Assembly (NCBI GenBank): GCA_005882595.1
Contig: VBFM01000094.1
Span: forward strand, 1-31,759
DNA: 31,759 nucleotides
Direction of reading: 5' to 3'
Source: Chloroflexota bacterium
GTDB lineage: Bacteria > Chloroflexota > Ktedonobacteria > Ktedonobacterales > Ktedonobacteraceae
Made by a program: the position numbers and the translations under genes. Every line of letters starts with the position of its first letter. Position 1 is the stretch's first letter. Below are positions 24,980 to 31,759 of this stretch, piece by piece. The notes beneath the pieces were generated by a model. It had not been told where the DNA came from, ran no database searches, and was given only the letters and a program-made list of their open reading frames with translations.

Positions 24980-26338
24980 TCAGGAGACGTCATGAAGCGG
25001 AGCGCCGGGGGCCTTCCGGTGCGAGGGGAGGGTTTCTCGCATCACCACGGAGACGACAACCCCAGAGAGGAAGGTCACTCCACCGATAACGCCGATGGCC
25101 CAGAAGATCCCGAACAGGTCGGCCAGGACCCCGGCCAGCAGCGCCCCGATGGCGTATCCACTGTCGCGCCAGAGCCGGTAGACGCCCACCGCCGAGGCAC
25201 GCCAGTTCGGGTGGGCGACATCAGCGACCGCCGCGAGCAGCGTCGGATAGACCAGGGCTGTCCCCAGCCCAAGCAGGACCATCGTGAGTGCCCACCACTC
25301 AAACCCGTGGAGCAGCGGCAACAGCCCTATTGTGACGCCCTGCAGGAGCATTCCTCCCACTATCATGCCCTTGCGTCCAATGCGGTCTGAGAGCGCTCCT
25401 GTCAGCAGCTGCGTCGCTCCCCACACACCCGGATAGATGCCCGCCAGCAGACCGATCTGCGCGATACTCAGACCTCCCGCGGCAAAAAAGAGCGGGAACA
25501 CCCCCCAGGCCAGGCCGTCATTCAAGTTGTTGACCAGCCCGGCCTGACTGACCCCGAAGAGCGTCCGGTTCTTCCAGGAGGTCAGCAAGAAGATGTCCTT
25601 GAATGATGGTGCTTGAAGGCGATTACCGGTGGCATCCGTCAGCGGTGGTGCTGAACCTGCCGTTGGCCCGGAGGGATATGCCAGCAGTGCTGCTTCGTGA
25701 TGGGCATGCCCATGGGACTCGCGCACAAACAGCAGCGACAGCAGCAGACCTGTCAGGGCAAATCCGATGCCGAGCAGGAATGGCTGGGGCCGCAGTGCAT
25801 ACGTTGCGGCAAGATAGCCAGCAGCAATAGCCGCGAGCGAGACCGCGCCGTAGCCTGCCGCTTCGTTGAGTCCCATCGCCAGTCCCCGGCGGGCCGGACC
25901 CACCAGATCGATCTTCATGATGACGGTGGTGGACCAGCAGAGGCCCTGGTTGATGCCGAGCAGCACATTGGCAAAGACCACCCATCCCCAGGATGGAGCG
26001 TAGATGATCAACAACGGCACGGGCAGCCCGACGAGCCAGCCAGCTACTAGCACGCCCTTGCGCCCGATACGATCGCTGAGCCGACCCGCAAAGAGATTCG
26101 CGAGCGCTTTCACCACACCGAAGCTCACAATGAAGGAGAGCACTGCCGTGGTCGAAGCCAGGCCGAAGGTGCGTTGCCCCAGCAGCGGCACGATGCTGCG
26201 CTCCAGGCCCACCATGCCGCCGACAAACGCGTTGACGATCACGAGCAGCGTGAACTGTCGCCAGTTGGCGCGCAGGCCAAGTTGCACAGCCGATGGTGCC
26301 CCTGAAGAGGAAACTATCTTCACGTCAGGAGATGGCAC
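24980..26338 (-). CDS. MFS transporter
   Basis: About 12 hydrophobic segments; GRLSDRIGRK and GALSDRIGRK loop motifs; GTG start overlaps the upstream gene stop. Confidence 0.92.
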   Translation of the reverse strand: MPSPDVKIVSSSGAPSAVQLGLRANWRQFTLLVIVNAFVGGMVGLERSIVPLLGQRTFGLASTTAVLSFIVSFGVVKALANLFAGRLSDRIGRKGVLVAGWLVGLPVPLLIIYAPSWGWVVFANVLLGINQGLCWSTTVIMKIDLVGPARRGLAMGLNEAAGYGAVSLAAIAAGYLAATYALRPQPFLLGIGFALTGLLLSLLFVRESHGHAHHEAALLAYPSGPTAGSAPPLTDATGNRLQAPSFKDIFLLTSWKNRTLFGVSQAGLVNNLNDGLAWGVFPLFFAAGGLSIAQIGLLAGIYPGVWGATQLLTGALSDRIGRKGMIVGGMLLQGVTIGLLPLLHGFEWWALTMVLLGLGTALVYPTLLAAVADVAHPNWRASAVGVYRLWRDSGYAIGALLAGVLADLFGIFWAIGVIGGVTFLSGVVVSVVMRETLPSHRKAPGAPLHDVS

Positions 26339-27428
26339 AGCGGTTCGCTCCTGCTTCTAGCTCGATCACGTCGTGATCAGGCATCAGGCCTGCTTCGTTG
26401 AGCCTCGTGATGCGTTCGTAGTTGGGCGGGGTCGGGGGAAGCAGCCTCAAAATGGTCTCGACAAACGTCGTCCGCGTCTCATGAAGAATACCGACGTGCT
26501 CATCGATCTCGGAAAGCCGCGCGCCAATCGGCTCGCCATCAAATGGCACGGGCTGGCTCGTGTGTCCTGGTAGGACGAGCGTCTCCGATGGGAGCGCGAG
26601 GAGCTTGTGCAGACTGTGGTAGAGAGAGGAAGAACGTCCTCGCGTTTCCTGCTCATCGGCGTGCAGGTCAGGACGCCCGATACCGGTGAGAAAGAGAGTA
26701 TCACCCGTAAAGAGGATGGTGTTGTTGAGCAGGTAACAGGTGCTCTCCGGCGTGTGTCCCGGCGTATGCAGCGCGGTCAACCTCAGGTGCGGGCTGGCGA
26801 GCGTGTCACCGTCGCGTATGGCCGTAAAGGGAAATGACACGCGCTGCTGATCCGGCAGAAAGAGCATGGCGCTACTGCATTCGGCAAGCTGGCGCGAGCG
26901 CGAGAGATGATCAGCGTGAATATGCGTGTCAAAGACGCTGGTGATCTGCCAACTGTACTTTGCTGCCAGGTCAAGATACACCTGCGGATCAAGCGCAGCG
27001 TCAATCACCATAGCCTCCTCACCCCAGCCGAAGAGGTACGAGAGGCAGCCTTTGCCGGTGCGCCGCACCTGGATGATGCGGACGTCGTTCGCGTGTACAG
27101 GCACTTCAGCAACATTCCAGGCCAGGCTCCACGCCTTCATCCCCCCATCGAGAGAACACGCCTCTACCCCCCGTGCAGTCAGCCGCTCGGCGGCAATGAG
27201 GCTGGTTTTGCCAGCCGCACACACGGTCACAATCGGGACATCGCTCGGAACGTCCACATCGGCAAGAGCTGCTGGATCGTGCGCTTTCAGGGCATCATAC
27301 GCATCAACATGTATACTGCCAGGAATAGCCCATTCCGCTCGTTCTGCCGTCGGACGCACATCCAGGATTGTGACGGGGTGTCCTTCTTCCAGCCAGGCTC
27401 GCAGGGTCTCAACAGAAATCGTCTGCAT
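26325..27428 (-). CDS. Rhodanese-MBL fusion (persulfide dioxygenase/ETHE1-like)
   Basis: N-terminal rhodanese LDVRP...VCAAGKTS...SLDGGMKAW; MBL motifs THIHADH, HTPGHTPES, FTGDTLF, LPGH; C-terminal GANRC. Confidence 0.88.
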   Translation of the reverse strand: MQTISVETLRAWLEEGHPVTILDVRPTAERAEWAIPGSIHVDAYDALKAHDPAALADVDVPSDVPIVTVCAAGKTSLIAAERLTARGVEACSLDGGMKAWSLAWNVAEVPVHANDVRIIQVRRTGKGCLSYLFGWGEEAMVIDAALDPQVYLDLAAKYSWQITSVFDTHIHADHLSRSRQLAECSSAMLFLPDQQRVSFPFTAIRDGDTLASPHLRLTALHTPGHTPESTCYLLNNTILFTGDTLFLTGIGRPDLHADEQETRGRSSSLYHSLHKLLALPSETLVLPGHTSQPVPFDGEPIGARLSEIDEHVGILHETRTTFVETILRLLPPTPPNYERITRLNEAGLMPDHDVIELEAGANRCAIS

Positions 27429-27442
27429 ACGTCAGACTCCTT

Positions 27443-28111
27443 TCAGACTTCGACCGGCAGCCCGAGCGCACGCCACTCAGGGACGCCCTGTTCGAGCCGA
27501 CGGGCACGATACCCACGCGCATGCAAAAGTGCCACAGCCTCATCCGCAAATATACAGTAGGGGCCGCGACAGTAAGCTACAATCTCCTTGTCCGCAGAAA
27601 GCTCTGCCAGGCGTACTTCCAACTCCGTCACCGGAATGGAGCGGGCCTGGGGGAGGTGTCCAGCAGTGTATTCCTCCGCGGGACGCACATCGAGAAGGAT
27701 GACCTGGTCGTCGCTCAGTCGGTGGAGCAGCTCCTGCGCGTCCATCGGTTGCAATTGAGTGCGGTCCTGCAAGAATGTATGCACTACCCGATCAATCTCG
27801 GCAAGCTGTGCCTCGCCCACGGTTCGCAAGGCTTGCCACATCCTGAAGACGCTTTCGTCAGCCAGGCGGTAGTGCATCGAGACGCCGTCGCGGCGGACCT
27901 CGACCAGGTGGGCCGCACGCAGCACCTGCAAGTGCTGTGAGGCATTGGCGACTGACATGCCCGTCTCCAGCGCCAGCGCTTCGACGGTGCGTTCACATTG
28001 GGCCAACACATCGAGGAGTTCAAGGCGATGGGGACTGGCCAATGCCTTGCCAATGCGAGCAAACTGCTCATAGAGCTGATTCTTAAAGGTGCGTTTCTCA
28101 CGGGTCTGCAT
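27443..28111 (-). CDS. ArsR/SmtB-family regulator fused to a rhodanese domain
   Basis: IGKALASPHRLELLDVL...NASQHLQVLR HTH; LLDVRP...GHLP...YCRGPYC rhodanese; ATG 28111 has an AAGGA RBS. Confidence 0.92.
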   Translation of the reverse strand: MQTREKRTFKNQLYEQFARIGKALASPHRLELLDVLAQCERTVEALALETGMSVANASQHLQVLRAAHLVEVRRDGVSMHYRLADESVFRMWQALRTVGEAQLAEIDRVVHTFLQDRTQLQPMDAQELLHRLSDDQVILLDVRPAEEYTAGHLPQARSIPVTELEVRLAELSADKEIVAYCRGPYCIFADEAVALLHARGYRARRLEQGVPEWRALGLPVEV

Positions 28112-28168
28112 AAAGTCCTTCCTTGTGGTCAGGAGTACGAGGAGCAATTGACTCTCTCATTTTTCTAC

Positions 28169-28205
28169 TATTCAATAGAATACTTGAATAAACATGAGAC
28201 GTCAA
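28169..28205 (-). promoter_or_regulatory. Promoter with overlapping palindromic operator for the ArsR-rhodanese operon
   Basis: Minus strand TTGACG (28200-28205), 17 bp, TATTCT (28177-28182); TATTCAA-N8-TTGAATA palindrome at 28169-28190 straddles the -10. Confidence 0.65.
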
Positions 28206-28257
28206 GAGCAAAGGAGTTCCACTTCATCTCGCCATCGCTTGATACTTTCACTCTGGC

Positions 28258-29294
28258 CTACGGGATCACACTCGTGTCTTTATCAAGCGATAGCACGAAA
28301 CGTGCCATCAATTCAGCGGTAGCGTCAATATCTTTGAGTAACGGCAGGGGATGTTGAGCAGACCGGTAGCTACGCCTTCACGTGTGATCTGAATCTCATC
28401 ATTATCTGTGCCGGTATAGGCTCCCTGTACATCAAACTGGAATGCAATACCGGCCTCTTTTGCTACCGCCATGAGCTTTTGAGAGATGCGCGGGCTTACA
28501 AATCCGCCTATAGTGATGCCAGGGCCACCACCCAGCTTTACATCACCCAGGCGCTGTTTGGAGGTCTGCGGGTGATCGGATGGGAAGGTTACATCTACCG
28601 CGATGGCAATATCCGGTTCGACACTATAGGCGCTGGTATGCGCTCCGCGCGTGCCTACTTCTTCCTGTACAGCAGAAACGAAGGAGACGCTGGCATGGAG
28701 TAGCTCGCGTTGCGCGTGTAGCCGCCGCATTGCTTCAATAACCGAAAACAGGCCAGCCTTGTCATCCAGGGCGCGTGAGACGACCAGGTCGCCACGCAGC
28801 GATTCGAGTTGTGCGGCCCGCGTGGCTGCGGTGCCGAGAGGAACAAGTTGGTGCGCCTCCTCGCGACTTGTGACGCCGATGTCAATCCACATATCCTGTA
28901 GCTTTGGCGCTTTGCCGCGTTCATCGGCATCCATCAAATGTACTGCCTGGCAGCCGATGACTCCCAGCAGAGGACCACCGGGTGCATGGACGAGTACGCG
29001 ATTTCCAGGGAGTGTGGAGGGATCGAAGCTGCCTATCGGAGCAAAATAGAGGAAGCCCTGGTCATCGATGTAGCGAATAATAAAGCCCAGTTCATCGCAG
29101 TGCCCCGTAAGCATAACCCGGGGATGACCGCCAGGGTTAAGGGTCGCGATGACATTTCCATGTCTATCGATGCGTGTCTCGTCGGTATGCTGCCGTATCT
29201 CCTCACGCACCACCTGTTGGACGGCCTGTTCATAGCCAGAGGGACTGGGGCTGGCGATCAATCGTTTTAAAAGCGAGATGCGCGATTCTTCCAT
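28258..29294 (-). pseudogene. M42-family aminopeptidase, frameshifted near the 3' end (about 28339)
   Basis: GHCDE, SRALDDKAG, VQEEVG and AVDVT metal-ligand motifs; after IPCRY the frame ends at 28308, while another frame reads LKDIDATAELMARFVLSLDKDTSVIP* to 28258. Confidence 0.8.
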
Positions 29295-29329
29295 GAAATA
29301 TAACTCCTTTGTATTTGATACAAATAGAA

Positions 29330-29368
29330 AAGGTGAAAGGGCGACCGCCAGAGTCGCTCTTTCACCTT
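29330..29368 (-). terminator. Probable Rho-independent terminator of the NYN gene
   Basis: 16-bp stem aaggtgaaagggcgac / gtcgctctttcacctt (one position non-Watson-Crick), followed on the minus strand by TTCTATTT. Confidence 0.6.
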
Positions 29369-29393
29369 CACGTGTCGCCTTTCGGCGGAAAGA

Positions 29394-30779
29394 TTATCGG
29401 ACAAATTGTTTCAATACTTCGTCAACCCCAGGATGCAGACGGTTCAGCCGTAAATCTTCGGAACCGCTTGGATCGGTTTGCAGGAGCAGAATCCCCTGTT
29501 GAACGCAGGTATTGAGCAGCTCCCGCGCTGATTCGCGTGTCAGGCGCCCCCGAAAACGATTTTTCGGGTTGACGGGATCACCAATAAAATTGGATACGCC
29601 AATAATCGTGCGCCAGGACCAGTTGCGATCAATGTAGTCGAGGAATTGTAAAAATTGGGGGTCTAGCACATCCATGGGATAAGCTGAAGACGCGTTATAG
29701 GGCGAAGGTGACATGCCCTGACCTCCTGCGGAGATGGCAGGCATGCTGCCTGTATTGCCGGGCATGGACATCTGCCCATAGCCGGTATCAGCCATTTGCC
29801 CGGTGCCACCGAAGGCAGGATTTCCCCCCGGAATGAGCGGCACAAACTGGTTCGCGCTGCTAATAAGGTCTCGGCTGACGGTTCCCGGTATACCAACAAC
29901 AATCACAGTTTTGTTTAGACGTAACTTAAGACGAGCGCTAATGCGGGTGAAATCCTTATCGCCGGTCATCAAAACGAATGTAGAGATAGTAGGACGATCA
30001 AAGACAGTTTCAATTATATCCATCAGCATATTGAGGTCAACGGTACTTTGCACCACCGTACTCTGTACAATGGTATTGGACCCACTGGCATTGATGGCAG
30101 GCATATGACCAGTATTGCCTGTATGCACTACAGGCGTACCATTTGGATAACCCAGGGGACCGGTGCTACTACCCTGGCCCAATGAGCCTGTGGGAGTAGT
30201 TTGACCATAAGGGGTTGGATAGGTAGGATGGCTCAGGAATTGGCGGGATGGCTCTCGCTGTGGATAATCCTCCGACAGGTAGCCTTCGTCGGCCAATGAC
30301 TCGTGCTCTTCCAGCATATCCTCGTCGGCCTCGGATGGCCTGGACTCCGAAGAGTCCTGGTAGCCGGGCCATTCATTCCCTACCCCCTGCGGGGTGATCG
30401 CAGGTAATGGACCAGAATTGCCAAGGGGACCGCTAGGCCATTGACGCTGAAAGGCGCCCGTTCCCTGCTCTGTTACCAGCCCAGGTGAACCAAGGGAACC
30501 TGTTGGCGAATTAGCCGATGGGTAATGCATCGTTCCCATTCTAATACGGTCTCGCTGTTTGGCCGGACAATCTACCCGGTCAATCATCGCCGCCGTCAGG
30601 CTTCCTTTGAATGGCTCTGGTTGTCGAGACCAATCCGCATAAGCGCGGGCAACCATCACTGTCCCATATCGACGCGCTACCGCGATCAATTCCTGGGGGT
30701 CAGGTTCCCGTCGCTGGATATTCAGCATACTATATCGGATGTTCTCAAAATCGATGAATAAAGCTATTTCTTCAGGCAC
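29394..30779 (-). CDS. NYN (LabA/DUF88) domain protein with a large low-complexity insertion
   Basis: ALFIDFEN, RAYADW, TVDLNMLMD, MTGDKDF, VIVVG...SRDLISSANQF motifs; GTG start. Confidence 0.85.
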   Translation of the reverse strand: MPEEIALFIDFENIRYSMLNIQRREPDPQELIAVARRYGTVMVARAYADWSRQPEPFKGSLTAAMIDRVDCPAKQRDRIRMGTMHYPSANSPTGSLGSPGLVTEQGTGAFQRQWPSGPLGNSGPLPAITPQGVGNEWPGYQDSSESRPSEADEDMLEEHESLADEGYLSEDYPQREPSRQFLSHPTYPTPYGQTTPTGSLGQGSSTGPLGYPNGTPVVHTGNTGHMPAINASGSNTIVQSTVVQSTVDLNMLMDIIETVFDRPTISTFVLMTGDKDFTRISARLKLRLNKTVIVVGIPGTVSRDLISSANQFVPLIPGGNPAFGGTGQMADTGYGQMSMPGNTGSMPAISAGGQGMSPSPYNASSAYPMDVLDPQFLQFLDYIDRNWSWRTIIGVSNFIGDPVNPKNRFRGRLTRESARELLNTCVQQGILLLQTDPSGSEDLRLNRLHPGVDEVLKQFVR

Positions 30780-31012
30780 ATTTTTCTCCTTTCATAGGGA
30801 GAAACCGCGCAGCCAGAATGTATGATTGTTCAAGTGCATGAAATCAATCGAAGCAATGGCTTCTCCTGCTTTCCAAAGATGCTTGCCCACATTCAAAACG
30901 CTACTGCGTAGCTAGTGCTTCGCACTCATCTGAATGTAAGGAAGTATTAGCTATGAGCATATCATACTTTCCTACTAAAGTCGAGTGGTCAAAAATAAAA
31001 AATGGCTGGCGC

Positions 31013-31041
31013 TTTACTTTACATACTTGCTGTGATATAGT
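31013..31041 (+). promoter_or_regulatory. Putative promoter for the HxlR-family gene
   Basis: TTTACT (31013-31018), 17 bp, TATAGT (31036-31041) with a TGn extension. Confidence 0.5.
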
Positions 31042-31111
31042 CTTGGTAGATGGTAACATATAGGGCATCGTACATTTTTGCAACATATGCCCTACCAACG
31101 AGTACGGTACT

Positions 31112-31468
31112 ATGGAGTTAGCAACATCGCGTTCCCTCAATGACACAGCTAATAACACACGTTGTCCAGTTGCTCTCACTGCTAAAATCATTAGCGGAAA
31201 GTGGACGCTGCTTATTATCCGTGATTTAGCCTCCGGTGTCAAACGCTTTAACCAGCTGGAACGTTCCCTTCACGGCATCAGCCCTAAAACCCTTTCCGAG
31301 CGGCTGCGTTCCCTTGAAGAAGAGGGGATCGTTTACCGGCAGACCTTTGCCGAAGTCCCCCCACGCGTGGAATACTCCCTCACTGAAAAAGGCCATGACC
31401 TCATTGAAGTCGTTGAGTGTATGCGCTGCTACGGCAAACAGTGGTTGTGTGATGCCAACAACTCGTAG
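31112..31468 (+). CDS. HxlR-family winged-helix transcriptional regulator
   Basis: CPVALTAKIISGKWTLLII, RFNQL, ISPKTLSERLRSLE, EVPPRVEYSLTEKG. Confidence 0.93.
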   Translation: MELATSRSLNDTANNTRCPVALTAKIISGKWTLLIIRDLASGVKRFNQLERSLHGISPKTLSERLRSLEEEGIVYRQTFAEVPPRVEYSLTEKGHDLIEVVECMRCYGKQWLCDANNS

Positions 31469-31508
31469 GGGCTCACTGTACCACGCCCTCGATGTATTGC
31501 GCCCTTAC
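31465..31508. repeat. Degenerate REP pair overlapping the HxlR gene stop
   Basis: gtaggggctcactgtaccacgccc (31465-31488; GTAG contains the TAG stop) and a minus-strand half-REP gtaagggcgcaatac ending at 31508. Confidence 0.5.
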
Positions 31509-31584
31509 CAAAGTGTGGCAAACAATAGTTATATGACGTGTCAGGACCAGATCTAGCGCTTCGTTGCTGAACAAAAACTCAAAT

Positions 31585-31613
31585 AAAAACCGGGGCTATA
31601 CCCCGGTCCTTTT
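31585..31613. terminator. Probable bidirectional intrinsic terminator
   Basis: AAAA-accgggg-ctata-ccccggt-CCTTTT between convergent genes. Confidence 0.65.
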
Positions 31614-31633
31614 GTGTGCGTGGGATGGCCAGA

Positions 31634-31759
31634 TTAGCGCATTGCGCCAACTAGTTCACGCTTGTGGTCAGCCAGGAAGCGATGAAGCGTTCCCTCATCT
31701 GCTGGAATGAGTTCTTCGTCTTCTACCTGACCTGTTGAACGACATACCAGGTCATAAAG
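31634..31759 (-). CDS. 3' end of an unidentified protein (partial)
   Basis: Open frame LYDLVCRSTGQVEDEELIPADEGTLHRFLADHKRELVGAMR* ending just before the terminator. Confidence 0.6.
   Translation of the reverse strand, partial: LYDLVCRSTGQVEDEELIPADEGTLHRFLADHKRELVGAMR

Noticed and set aside
23113-28258. Rhodanese cassette as a defined transposon or integrative element
   Set aside because: No transposase, integrase, terminal inverted repeats or convincing target duplication were found; only short tgagacg matches.
30901-30926. Sequence resembling the family-H loop (gcgtagctag)
   Set aside because: No flanking TGCC/GGCA stem; the similarity is too short.

Overview
About 31.8 kb of bacterial chromosome. 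The gene content and repeat types (kinase-WD40 with an internal SRR-anchored helix, Rpn-family nuclease, GTAG-GGGCG REPs) suggest Chloroflexota, probably Ktedonobacteria; this is an inference. Most of the window is housekeeping or accessory genes: icd 5' end, RNase D-like exonuclease, CoxG-like protein, rplI, Ca2+/H+ antiporter, NnrE/D, RNA methyltransferase, lipoprotein, Ser/Thr kinase-WD40, secG, GT2, MBL hydrolase, pyrG, MgtE-like CBS protein, Rpn nuclease, MarR, greA, alpha/beta hydrolase, panC-like gene, M42 peptidase, NYN protein and HxlR. A five-gene rhodanese/persulfide-dioxygenase cassette lies at 23.1-28.2 kb. No tRNA, rRNA, CRISPR array or intact IS was seen. The most notable items are: (1) a short hairpin element with compensatory stem changes, found as five copies at three loci (single, tandem, nested), each just upstream of a + strand gene; (2) a perfect internal Shine-Dalgarno plus ATG in the Rpn gene, matching the gene-within-gene toxin/antitoxin design; (3) a PanC homolog with both pantoate-binding glutamines replaced; (4) a GT2 fused to a degenerate GGDEF-like domain; (5) two ~27-nt deletions hitting conserved motifs in pyrG and the M42 peptidase; (6) REP elements that have duplicated or supplied gene ends. 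All annotations come from motif recognition by eye; no database searches were run.
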